A stretch of 64,000 nt of DNA, taken from the NCBI GenBank assembly GCA_902558495.1, contig CACEEB010000001.1:5884-69883 (forward strand), given 5' to 3'. Of the stretch, positions 19,090-29,500 are shown one piece after another. This stretch comes from an uncultured OM43 clade bacterium (GTDB lineage Bacteria; Pseudomonadota; Gammaproteobacteria; Burkholderiales; Methylophilaceae). A model generated the notes under the pieces. It worked only from the letters and a program-made list of their open reading frames with translations, was not told the origin of the DNA and made no database searches. The first letter of the stretch is position 1, and each line of letters begins with the position of its first letter. The position numbers and the translations under genes are program-made.

Positions 19090-19965
19090 TTGAAAGATAA
19101 GACAGAAATAATGCCAAGTTTTGATAGATGGATATGGCTTCTTAAAAGAACAGTTCAAAGAAATAACTGGAGTCATTTACATGAGGGGTTTTTAACAGAT
19201 GAGTCATACTTGAGAGAGTTAGCAAATATGATAGATTATGTTAATGATGAGTCAAAAAATGTCCTACCTAACCACAAAGTAAGAGTCTCAATACTGCATA
19301 ACAAAAATCCGTTATATGAATTTCGACAAAACTTTGCAGTTGCAATGTATAAAAGACAAATTGCAAATCTAAAAGATATTGAGCTCGTTCAAGAGATGAT
19401 TAAAAGAACGATATGGTCTAAGGAATATGATATTGAATTGATGTCTTTAGTTGCAGATTCATTTGATAGGCATAAGAATGAAGATAAAGATCAAAGTCTT
19501 CATCAAGCCTTTCCATTAAAGAAGTTAAACATGGGCAGACCTGAGCCTGAATATAAAACCCCATACAACATACAAAGAATAGTAGCTATGATGTTAGATG
19601 AGGATATGTCAATGAACGCTTGCATTGAAGAGCTAGATAAGGAAGCCAATAATCACTCCCTTAAGACTTCAGATAATAGAGGATTATGGCGAAGTGCAAA
19701 TGAACTCCAAAGACCTAGCATATGGGATGTAAACCGATGGCAAAGTGAGATGACTAAATATAAATACACCGCTCTCAATGATTACTTATTGAATAGAATA
19801 GAGCAGGTTGGTAACCAGTTAAATGAAAGAAAAAGGCAAAGGATTAAGCTTAACTGGAAGATAGATATGCCTCAAGAGTTATTCATTTATCCAGACTTTA
19901 TAGATATTGGTATTGGAAAGTTAAGTGCAAAAGGAACAGTTATAAAAGCAAAAGACTTGCATTGA
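19090..19965 (+). CDS. hypothetical protein
   Basis: 291-aa open frame with no recognisable motif; the start may be the downstream ATG at 19111. Confidence 0.65.
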   Translation: MKDKTEIMPSFDRWIWLLKRTVQRNNWSHLHEGFLTDESYLRELANMIDYVNDESKNVLPNHKVRVSILHNKNPLYEFRQNFAVAMYKRQIANLKDIELVQEMIKRTIWSKEYDIELMSLVADSFDRHKNEDKDQSLHQAFPLKKLNMGRPEPEYKTPYNIQRIVAMMLDEDMSMNACIEELDKEANNHSLKTSDNRGLWRSANELQRPSIWDVNRWQSEMTKYKYTALNDYLLNRIEQVGNQLNERKRQRIKLNWKIDMPQELFIYPDFIDIGIGKLSAKGTVIKAKDLH

Positions 19966-19975
19966 GGGGGAAGGG

Positions 19976-20872
19976 ATGAAAATTGTAAGTTTATTACCCG
20001 CAGCTTCAGAAATTTTGTGTGACTTAGGTGTAATAGATAATATTCATGCAGTCAGTCATGAATGTAATTATCCAGAGTTATTAAAAGAAAAAGTGCAGAT
20101 AACTTCGAGTACTATCCCTAGTAATATGGAACAGAAGTTAATAAACGATGCAGTCTCGCAGGCAATTAAGAATAAACTCCCACTTTATAATATTGATACA
20201 GATAAACTCGATAGGATTAATCCAGATTTAATTATTACTCAGGGCTTATGTGACGTTTGTTCAATCTCTAAAAATGAAATTGAAGCAACACTTAAAGATA
20301 AAAGGTGCATATTACCTTCCAAAACCAAGATTGTTTCCTTAAATGGCAAATCGTTTGATGAAATCTGCTCAGATGTTTTGACAGTCGGCAAGCATATTAA
20401 TAAAGAAGATATTGCAAATAATATAGTTAGCAAAGCTAAAAAAACTAAAATTCAAATGAGTAAAAATCATACTAATAAAAGCATACTTTTACTGGAGTGG
20501 ATTGATCCATATTTTAGCGCGGGCCATTGGATCCCAGAACAAATTGAAATGGCAGGCCTTAAATCAGCATTGGGGAAGAAAGGAGAAAAATCAAGGCAAA
20601 TTAGTACTGATGAAATAATTCAATCAGATCCTGATTTTATTGGGTTGATATGTTGTGGTTACGATTTGATTCAAAATAAATCTTTTGCAAAACAAGTTTA
20701 TGATGACGAAAGAATAAATCATTTAACTGCCATTAAAGATGAAAAAATATATGCGTTTGATTCAGATTCTTATTTCAGCAGACCTTCTTTAAGAATTTTA
20801 GAAGGAGCTATGCAACTTAGAAATGCAATTATAAAAAAGGACAATCAGTATCATTGCAAAAGAGATATTTGA
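19976..20872 (+). CDS. BtuF/FhuD-like (helical backbone) substrate-binding protein without signal peptide
   Basis: MKIVSLLPAASEI, SHEC, PDLIITQGLCDVC, LEWIDP, GHWIPE and YFSRPS. Confidence 0.8.
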   Translation: MKIVSLLPAASEILCDLGVIDNIHAVSHECNYPELLKEKVQITSSTIPSNMEQKLINDAVSQAIKNKLPLYNIDTDKLDRINPDLIITQGLCDVCSISKNEIEATLKDKRCILPSKTKIVSLNGKSFDEICSDVLTVGKHINKEDIANNIVSKAKKTKIQMSKNHTNKSILLLEWIDPYFSAGHWIPEQIEMAGLKSALGKKGEKSRQISTDEIIQSDPDFIGLICCGYDLIQNKSFAKQVYDDERINHLTAIKDEKIYAFDSDSYFSRPSLRILEGAMQLRNAIIKKDNQYHCKRDI

Positions 20873-20987
20873 CTTACAGATGGAACAGCCAAGTATATTT
20901 TTAGTCCTAATCTTATTAGCTTTACTTCATTTTAGAAGAAAAGGTGCTGGCATAGCTTAAGCTTAATTATCTAGGCAAACTAGTTTT

Positions 20988-21482
20988 ATGAGAAAAATAC
21001 TCTTCCTATTATTTTTAATACCTTATTTAGTGTTTGGGGACACGGGACCTTTAGATAATAAAGGTTTGATATGTGCTCAGGTAGTGAAATGTGAAAATGA
21101 GTTTCCAGAAAGTGAATTTCATAATAATAAATATCAAGCCCTTATGGATTCAGGGGCATGTAAAAAAGGGTATGCCTCAATAAAAGATATAGATAATTCT
21201 GATTTTAAACCCACCTATATGGCACCTATAGGACTATGGTGCAACGCTTATACGTGTAGCCAACCCTTTATCGACGGTAATATGATTAAGGACAATGAAT
21301 TACCCTATGAAGCCAACACTGAAAAGATTTCAGTGCACAGATATAGTCTCGACAGGAAAACATTGATAATGTCTCAATATTTTATGAACAAACCCTTTTA
21401 CTATCGGTGCGACATGACTGAAGATAAAAAGGATGTATATAAGCCTTTGAGAGATGAAATCACAAAAAGCAAAGGAAAGTAA
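20988..21482 (+). CDS. hypothetical secreted Cys-rich protein
   Basis: Signal peptide and six Cys. Confidence 0.65.
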   Translation: MRKILFLLFLIPYLVFGDTGPLDNKGLICAQVVKCENEFPESEFHNNKYQALMDSGACKKGYASIKDIDNSDFKPTYMAPIGLWCNAYTCSQPFIDGNMIKDNELPYEANTEKISVHRYSLDRKTLIMSQYFMNKPFYYRCDMTEDKKDVYKPLRDEITKSKGK

Positions 21483-21494
21483 TAATAAATTAAA

Positions 21495-21944
21495 ATGAAG
21501 AAACTACTTATACTCTTATTGATGGCGCCAAACTTCCTATTGGCAATGCCATTAACGTTAAGCGAATATATAGCTAAAAATCCATCTTGGAATTCCTCTG
21601 ACAGATCATCTCTTTCCTATATAACATTGAGGTGCGGGGTGTTGTTTGAGCAGATAACTGAATTCTATAAAAATAATGCTGAAAAAAAAGAAATTTATAA
21701 AATAGCACCAACGGATGCAATAAATTTTTTTCGGTCATCATCTGATATTTATAAGACGAGTTGCATTAATTATGAGTGTATTAAAGTAGAAGAAAAAGAC
21801 TCACAAGAAAAGGAAAAAAAATGGGCATTAATATACAAAGAAGAGTTAATGAACAATATAAATAACAATGATGAAATGATCTATGGTTATATAAAAAGCG
21901 ATTTTTCAACTTGTAAGATTAAAGTAAAGCCTATTTTAAAATGA
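21495..21944 (+). CDS. hypothetical secreted protein
   Basis: Signal peptide MKKLLILLLMAPNFLLA and four Cys. Confidence 0.65.
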   Translation: MKKLLILLLMAPNFLLAMPLTLSEYIAKNPSWNSSDRSSLSYITLRCGVLFEQITEFYKNNAEKKEIYKIAPTDAINFFRSSSDIYKTSCINYECIKVEEKDSQEKEKKWALIYKEELMNNINNNDEMIYGYIKSDFSTCKIKVKPILK

Positions 21945-22516
21945 AAAAAATATTAATCATTTTTATGTTTTTAGCTAATTACGTAAATGCTATTGAAAAA
22001 AATATTAATGTAGAAACTGCATACCTTGCCGGAGGGTGTTATTGGGGTCTTGAAGAATTAATAAGAAAGCTACCTGGGGTGATAAATACCAAAGTAGGAT
22101 TTTCTGGAGGGCAATTAAAAAATGCCACTTATAAGGAGGTAAGCAAAGGTAATACTGGGCATGCTGAGAGTATCGAAGTAAAATACGATGCTAAGATTTT
22201 AGAGTATAAGGACTTGTTACTTTATTTTTTTAAAATACATGATCCTACGACAATCAATCAGCAAGGTAATGATAAAGGCACACAATATAGGTCGGCTGTA
22301 TTTTATATTTCTGAGCAACAAAAAGAAATTGCAAATAATATTATTGAGATTGTTGACCAATCAGGGTTATGGGATAGTCATGTTGTTACAGATGTAGTTC
22401 CTTTTTCTGCCTTTTATTTGGCAAAAGAATCACACCAAAAATACCTTAAAAAAAATCCAAAGGGCTATAGCTGTCATTTTGAGCGTAAGTTTGATTTCTT
22501 AAAGAAAAAAGAATAA
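21941..22516 (+). CDS. msrA: peptide-methionine (S)-S-oxide reductase, with signal peptide
   Basis: AGGCYWG, TGHAE, HDPT..QGND.GTQYRS and HQKYL. Confidence 0.95.
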   Translation: MKKILIIFMFLANYVNAIEKNINVETAYLAGGCYWGLEELIRKLPGVINTKVGFSGGQLKNATYKEVSKGNTGHAESIEVKYDAKILEYKDLLLYFFKIHDPTTINQQGNDKGTQYRSAVFYISEQQKEIANNIIEIVDQSGLWDSHVVTDVVPFSAFYLAKESHQKYLKKNPKGYSCHFERKFDFLKKKE

Positions 22517-22525
22517 AATTTCTAA

Positions 22526-23983
22526 TTACGTCCCACAAAAGGTTTGATAATTGGGAATTGGATTGATCGTTGCATTTCGATATGGCTCATTAAGTATTGT
22601 TGGTTCAAATGGTTCTTTTAAAGCTTCAAGTAGGCTTAAAAATACTTTCAAATCTCCTTCTTCTGATGCTTTTAATGCCTCTTCCACATGATAATTATTC
22701 GGAATTATTACAGGATTATTTGCTCGCATCATTTTTAAAGACGATTTTAGTGACATTGAATTTTTTGCTAATCTTTCTTTCCAGACTGCATTCCATTCCT
22801 GAAAGCCTTTTGAGCTATATATTTCATTGTCTGGAAGTGACTCCTGGCTCAAATCATAAAAAGTTTTTGTATAATCCGCTTTTTCAGTTTGCATCCAATC
22901 CAAAAGCTTCTGAATTAGAGATAAATCCTCAGCTTCATCATTATGAAGTCCTAATTTTCTGCACATACCTGAAATCCATGCATCATTAAAAATCTGACTG
23001 TACTCTGCAAGTGATGCCTCAGCTAACTTATTTGCCTCTTCCGTGTCTTTATGCAAAAGTGGAAGCAAGCTATCAGCCAATCTACCTAAATTCCAATGTG
23101 CAGCGTGTGCCTGACTACCAAATTTATAACGCCCTCTATAATCGATAGAGCTGAAGACTCTTTCCATAGAGAAAATATCCATAAAAGCGCAAGGTCCATA
23201 ATCAATTGTCTCTCCACAAATACTCATATTGTCAGTGTTCATAACACCATGTATAAAGCCTATGTGCATCCAAGAGGCAACGAGTTTTGCTTGCCGTTCA
23301 ATAACAGCATTAAGAAAACTAAGGTAGGTATTTTCATCATCTAGAACCTCTGGATAGTGACGTTCAATTGCATAATCAGCTAATTTTTTTAGTTGATTAT
23401 AGCCAAGCATTCTATGAGCATATTCAAATGTCCCTATCCTTATGTGACTTGAAGCTACACGAGTGAGAATAGCTCCATCCAATAGTGATGACCTCATAAT
23501 TGATTCACCAGTGGAAACAACCGCTAAACTTCGTGTGGTAGGAATCTTTAATGCGTGCATTGCTTCACTTATTAGGTATTCACGCAACATAGGCCCAACT
23601 GCGGCACGACCATCGCCTCCACGTGAGTAGGGTGTCTGACCCGAGCCTTTAAACTGGATATCATATCTTTTGCCATCTAGAGAAATTTTTTCTCCAAGAA
23701 GGTGTGCACGACCATCTCCCAATATTGAAAAATGACCAAACTGATGACCGGCATATGCCTGTGCAATTGGATTTGTATTTCTAGGGAGTGCGTTTCCAGA
23801 AAAAAGATTTGCTAGCATTGCCTTATCATTTAAATCTAATTCAATCCCTAAAGACTTTGCCAATTCCTCATTGAATATTAAAAGCTTTGGACTACTAACA
23901 GGCACAGGATTAATTTTTGTGAAGAATTGTTCAGGTAAATCAGAATAGCTATTTTCTAATTGCCAGTCTTGTGAGTAATTCAT
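22526..23983 (-). CDS. selO: protein adenylyltransferase SelO/YdiU
   Basis: YAGHQFG, LGDGRA, KGSGQTPYSRGGDGRA, HGVMNTDN and the C-terminal TFCGT. Confidence 0.95.
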   Translation of the reverse strand: MNYSQDWQLENSYSDLPEQFFTKINPVPVSSPKLLIFNEELAKSLGIELDLNDKAMLANLFSGNALPRNTNPIAQAYAGHQFGHFSILGDGRAHLLGEKISLDGKRYDIQFKGSGQTPYSRGGDGRAAVGPMLREYLISEAMHALKIPTTRSLAVVSTGESIMRSSLLDGAILTRVASSHIRIGTFEYAHRMLGYNQLKKLADYAIERHYPEVLDDENTYLSFLNAVIERQAKLVASWMHIGFIHGVMNTDNMSICGETIDYGPCAFMDIFSMERVFSSIDYRGRYKFGSQAHAAHWNLGRLADSLLPLLHKDTEEANKLAEASLAEYSQIFNDAWISGMCRKLGLHNDEAEDLSLIQKLLDWMQTEKADYTKTFYDLSQESLPDNEIYSSKGFQEWNAVWKERLAKNSMSLKSSLKMMRANNPVIIPNNYHVEEALKASEEGDLKVFLSLLEALKEPFEPTILNEPYRNATINPIPNYQTFCGT

Positions 23984-24091
23984 AATATAAGTGTTAAGCC
24001 TTGATCAGTAGCTAATATTATAGAGTGTTAGGTTTAAAAAAATAGTTTATTTAGTATAAGATATAGTTCTAATTATATTGGATAAATTAAC

Positions 24092-24745
24092 ATGACAATA
24101 AGAATTGGTGATGAGGCTCCTGATTTTACTATTGATACTACGCATGGAGAAATACATTTTCATGAATGGATTGGTGAAAGTTGGGCTATTCTTTTCTCTC
24201 ATCCAAAAGACTTTACCCCGGTATGCACTACTGAATTAGGCTATGTGTCAAAATTAAAACCTGAATTTGATAGTCGAAATACCAAAGCTATTGGTTTAAG
24301 TACTGACCCTGTAGAGGATCATCAAAAATGGATAGGTGATATTGAAGAGACGCAATCATGCACGATGAATTTTCCTTTGATAGGGGACAATAAGCTTAAG
24401 GTGTCCAAGCTATATGACATGATTCATCCTAATGCAAATCCTGGTCCAAGAACCGCTCAGGATAATGCAACCATACGATCAGTTTTTATCATTGGACCGG
24501 ATAAACAGGTTAAAGCTATGCTTATTTACCCTATGAGTGCTGGGAGAAATTTTGATGAAATACTAAGATTGCTTGATGCATTGCAAATGAATGCAAATCA
24601 TCAGGTAGCTACCCCTGTGAATTGGAAGAAGGGGGATGATGTGGTCATACCTCCAGCAATATCTGACGAGCAAGCAAATGATAAGTATCCAGAGGGATAT
24701 ACAACACTTAAACCCTACTTAAGGTTAGTAAAAACACCAGAGTAG
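24092..24745 (+). CDS. 1-Cys peroxiredoxin (Prx6)
   Basis: FSHPKDFTPVCTTE and GRNFDEILR. Confidence 0.93.
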   Translation: MTIRIGDEAPDFTIDTTHGEIHFHEWIGESWAILFSHPKDFTPVCTTELGYVSKLKPEFDSRNTKAIGLSTDPVEDHQKWIGDIEETQSCTMNFPLIGDNKLKVSKLYDMIHPNANPGPRTAQDNATIRSVFIIGPDKQVKAMLIYPMSAGRNFDEILRLLDALQMNANHQVATPVNWKKGDDVVIPPAISDEQANDKYPEGYTTLKPYLRLVKTPE

Positions 24746-24751
24746 TTTTCT

Positions 24752-26410
24752 TTACTTCTTTGATGCCTCTTCTTTAATTAATTTGCCGTCTTTCCAAAGG
24801 CCAGTGAATTTATTTTTAAATTTATCTGTAAAGGTTCCTTTACCATTTGCATCTCCATCTTTAAATTCTCCTGCATACACGGTACGGTCAGGAAATCTTT
24901 TTTTCCCCTTGCCATGAGCAAGTCCTTTTTTAAACTCTCCAGAATATTCAGATCCATCACCCGATTTCAAGACTCCATTTCCAGATGGGTCGCCATCCTT
25001 GAAATTTCCTTGATAAAAATCTCCGTTAGCAAAGTTCTTTTTCCCCTGCCCATTAGGAAAGCCTTGTAAAAAGGTTCCCGAATAGAGTGCATCGTCTTCA
25101 TATTTGAGCATACCTTGACCATGCATAAGATTATTTTTAAAGGTTCCAGAATACTTAGTTAGTTTAGTATAAGAGGCAACTGCTGATTTAATATTACTTA
25201 ACCAAAATTTCACATCTTGTTTGGATTTGAATTCAATACTTATCATTTTATCTATAACGTCATTTATCGACGATTCAGCAAAGTATGTTCTACCTTTGCC
25301 ATCCTTTTGGGCATTCTTAAATTCTCCAAAATAGAAGTCATCTGACTCTTTTTCATATTTTACCCCCTCACCATTAGGAGAACCTTGCTCCCATTCACCA
25401 AAATAAACTATACCTCGCTCCTCAAAGCGAATTATTCCAATCCCGTGAGGTTGCCCATTTTTAGTGTCACCCATGTATATTCCACCATTCTGAACCTTAA
25501 TTACCGACAGTGATTTTGGATTATCAAGGTTGCCTTTTTGCGCAAATTGCTCTTCACGAATGATATTTATTTCTGAATCTGGGGCTATAATTCTTTTATC
25601 TTTGTCACTGGCGTTGTATTCATTATCTCTATCAAGTTCCTCTCCAATTCTGCTATCAGATTCTTGATTAAGGTCATCGTTAATAATCATCTTTATGTTG
25701 CCACGGTCCACCAATTTAGCAGATTTTGTGTTTTGAGACTCAATATTGAACTCTTTTGCGACTTCCATTGCAGTTTCGTTAATTTTAAATCCAAGATTTG
25801 AATAAGTTGTTTTCTGTTCTGTTGAAAGTTTTTGCTTAGCTATTAAAGTGAGATTATCTAAACTAGAGTTTGAATCAAACGAAACAGGGCAGGCGTTAAT
25901 TTTTGCATTTTTTCTTGCTTTATCAAGATCTATATCATTGTTGATGGTTATTTTATTTATGGCACTTTTACCACCCCAACCTTTTTCCCATTTACCCATC
26001 CATGGCATTATTTTATCGGGGTTACCACCCAATTTATGTACAGCATTTGCTAAAAAATCGTTTTTATTCGTTCCAGGAGGTTGGGGAACTAGAACCCATA
26101 AATCTCCATAGTCAGAATTTATTTGTTTGTAGATATAACATCTACATTCTTTCACAGTCATTTCCCCAATACAATTATTTTGAACCCAGTAAGGAGAGCC
26201 ATTAAATTCACCTTCGTAAATATATGTGCCAGTGTAGTCACCACTTGGCGCACCAGTGGGGTTATCGTTCGGAGCAGAATTAATATTATCGCCACCATTT
26301 TTGTCCCAGGTATGTTCAACGATTAATGCTTTAGGGATTTCATCGCCCTCAATAGCTCTGGCATGAGTAACGATGAGTGAAGCTAGAGTTAAAAAAAGGA
26401 TGAATCGCAT
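24752..26410 (-). CDS. secreted MORN-repeat protein
   Basis: Signal peptide; the C-terminal half has multiple YxGxFKxGxxxGxG repeats. Confidence 0.85.
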   Translation of the reverse strand: MRFILFLTLASLIVTHARAIEGDEIPKALIVEHTWDKNGGDNINSAPNDNPTGAPSGDYTGTYIYEGEFNGSPYWVQNNCIGEMTVKECRCYIYKQINSDYGDLWVLVPQPPGTNKNDFLANAVHKLGGNPDKIMPWMGKWEKGWGGKSAINKITINNDIDLDKARKNAKINACPVSFDSNSSLDNLTLIAKQKLSTEQKTTYSNLGFKINETAMEVAKEFNIESQNTKSAKLVDRGNIKMIINDDLNQESDSRIGEELDRDNEYNASDKDKRIIAPDSEINIIREEQFAQKGNLDNPKSLSVIKVQNGGIYMGDTKNGQPHGIGIIRFEERGIVYFGEWEQGSPNGEGVKYEKESDDFYFGEFKNAQKDGKGRTYFAESSINDVIDKMISIEFKSKQDVKFWLSNIKSAVASYTKLTKYSGTFKNNLMHGQGMLKYEDDALYSGTFLQGFPNGQGKKNFANGDFYQGNFKDGDPSGNGVLKSGDGSEYSGEFKKGLAHGKGKKRFPDRTVYAGEFKDGDANGKGTFTDKFKNKFTGLWKDGKLIKEEASKK

Positions 26411-26588
26411 AAAGGAGCCATATTTTATATAAAAGTCATTTTAGTTTAGCAATAATTAAACTAAATACAACCTTATTCATCATGATGAATTAATTCAATG
26501 AATAGATAAATAATCTGGATATAAATAGTTATCGTTTTACATCTGTTTTGTTATAAACTGATTCTATTAATGTCATATCAATAAAAAC

Positions 26589-29500
26589 ATGCACAAAATA
26601 ATTTTTTTTACAAAAAAATTTATTTTTCCCTTACTTTTAGGATTAATTTTTGTATTGCTTACTGGAACGGTTGCGGCTTATTTCTTCCTTAAATCTAATA
26701 CAGTGTTTGTTAAAGGACTTATAGAAAAGGAATTAGAAGCACGAATAAGCTATGACGTAGAGATTGATTCTGTTGAAGCCCAATGGCATTTCACAAACCC
26801 AAGTATTATAGTCAATGGCTTTAAAATTTATAACAAAAACTACCAAAAATCTATAGCTGCGGATAAGATGGAATTTGATTTTTCATGGCTCTCACTGGTT
26901 AAGTTTTTTCCAGTTATTGATAGAGTGCAGCTTGATCGGCCAAATATAAATATCATAAGGGATGTAAATGGACTTATTTCTATTAATGGTATTGATTTTA
27001 CAATGGGTAAAAATAACCTTGATCTTTCAAGTTGGTTACTAAATCAAGACGACGTCATAATAAATGAAGGACAACTTAGCTGGCAGGACCTTACTAGAAG
27101 TAATGATATTTTACAGTTAAATGACCTTAATTTTAGCTATGGATCTTCAAAGTTATTATCCTTCATTGGCCGAAGAGAATTTATGGTTAATACACTTATC
27201 AATTCTGGCTCTGATGAGTATGTGGCTTTAAATGGGTTCATCGATATTAGGAGCATTGAAAATTATGATGATCTAGAGGGATATTTTAATATTAAGCTCA
27301 ATAATTTTGAGCTTGCTAAATTAAGCCCATGGCTTGATTACCCAGAAAATATATCAACGGGTGTTGGTGATTTAAGTGCGGATGTTTATCTTAAAGATGC
27401 GCAAATAATAAGGGTTGATGGAAGCACTAATCTTAATAATGTAACAATTATAAAAGAAAAATTTAAAGCAATTAAAATCAATAATTTAAATAGTTTTTTT
27501 GATGTAAATTATAGTAATAATCTAGCACAGATTAACCTCAATAATTTGTCCTTTATGGTTGACGGATTCAGTTTAGAATCGCTTAATCTTAATGCAAGTT
27601 TTAATTCATCTGACCAATTATATGCCATTAGCTTTGACATTGATGAGACTGATCTATTCTCTATTTCACAACTTAGCCAATATTTTCCTGATAATTTCAA
27701 TTTCTTAAAAGAACCTATGAAAAGATTATCTCCAACAGGAAAAATAAGTAACGTAAAATTTAATTGGGAGAAGGGAGATAATTTTTTTCGCGGTCTTGAG
27801 CTTAAAATGGATGTGGAAAAGATAAATTTTAAACCTCTTAACGGATATCCTGGTGTAAAAAATCTATCTGCTATTTTAAACATTGCTAACAATGAAGGTT
27901 CTCTCCAAATTAACTCCAATGACTTGGTAATTATTCATAATAATACTTTTAGACAGCCAGTCAAATTTGATCAAATTATAGGCGATCTTACTTGGTTGGA
28001 TAATAGATACCAGATTTCTAATTTAAAAATTAATAGCCAAGATTTTGTTTCGAATATGCAAGCAACCTACATTTCTTCAGATAGTGGTGCTGGAGATATT
28101 GACCTTGAAATTAATATACCCAATGCAGATATATCGCGGCTCAGTAATTATTACCCAAAATCTATTGGAGAAGACGGCCTTAAATGGTTAGACACTTCAC
28201 TTTTGAGAGGATTAGCTAGTAATACAAAAATAATAATTCGTGGAAATATGCAAGAATTTCCTTTTGTTGATGAGGAAAATAAGCCAGATTCTTTGGAAGG
28301 TTTATTTGAAGTTACTTCAAGCATTACGGGAAGTACCATTGAATATGGAACAGGATGGCCAAATGTAGAAAATTTTGATATTGATGTTAAGGTAACTGGA
28401 TCAAAAATAGAATTTACAAGCAATCAAGGCCATATACTTAATAATGAAATCGTATCCTTTTCAGGTGTTATCGATGATTTTACAAAAGAGGATGCATACC
28501 TAGATATTAACCTCAAGACTAATAGCTTTTTAGATAAGATGCTAAATGCGATAAACAATAGCCCTGTAAAAAAAGTCATGAAGGGTACTTCAGAGAGTAT
28601 GAAGGGAAGTGGTCCTGGTCAATTAGACCTTATGCTTAGTATTCCTCTTAAAGATGCAGAGGCTATTCGCTATACTGGGTCTTATTTCTTTAATGGATCT
28701 TCAATGGAAAATCAAGATCTTGACCTACCTTTGTTAAGTGACATTAAAGGTAAGCTAATTTTTGATAATAATGGTATATCGCTTAATAATGGGAGAGCAA
28801 TTTTATCTGATCAACCTTTATCAATAGCTCTTAAAAATAAAGATAAAGCAACTGTTATGGACTTTAGTGGTACTTTCGATAGCAAATTTATCGCTACAAA
28901 ATTGGGGGATGAATGGTCAAATAATATTAAAGGCCAAACCGAGTGGCAAGGTAGGTTAACCCTTTCAGATAAGGAATCTGATTTAATTTTAAGTACTAAT
29001 CTCATTGGGTTATCCATCAATTCAATGCATGATTTGAATAAAGAAAAGGATGAATCAATTCCGTTCCAATTAAAAAAGCGTACGTCAACATCATCAATCG
29101 ATTATATAGATATGACCTATGGCAAAATAATTACAGCCAGGTTTGTTCGAGAGAGTGATAATAAAATTAAACGTGGATTTATTGGTATAAACACCATTCC
29201 TTCAATGCCAGAAAATGGCATTATTATAAATGCAAGTATAGATTTCCTGGATACAAAAAGCATCAAATTTTTATTTGATCACCATAGTCAGGAGGGTAAT
29301 AACAGTAAAAATATTCAACAAAATTCACTATTTGAAAAAGTGATTTTAAATGTAGATGAGTTAATGATTAAGGGTAATAAATTAACCAAGGCATCCATCA
29401 ATTATGCTCCTACAATAGATGGTTCTAATATAAGAATTGATTCAAGAGAAGTAAGTGGTGATATAAGTTGGTCTCTTCCTGATAAATTATATAAGCTAAA

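Noticed and set aside
24760-25480. Periodic sequence as a DNA repeat or CRISPR array
   Set aside because: The periodicity is at the protein level (MORN repeats); there are no identical DNA repeats, spacers or cas genes.
18632-26588. Prophage or integrative element at tRNA-Ser(TGA)
   Set aside because: No integrase, phage structural genes or att duplication were seen.
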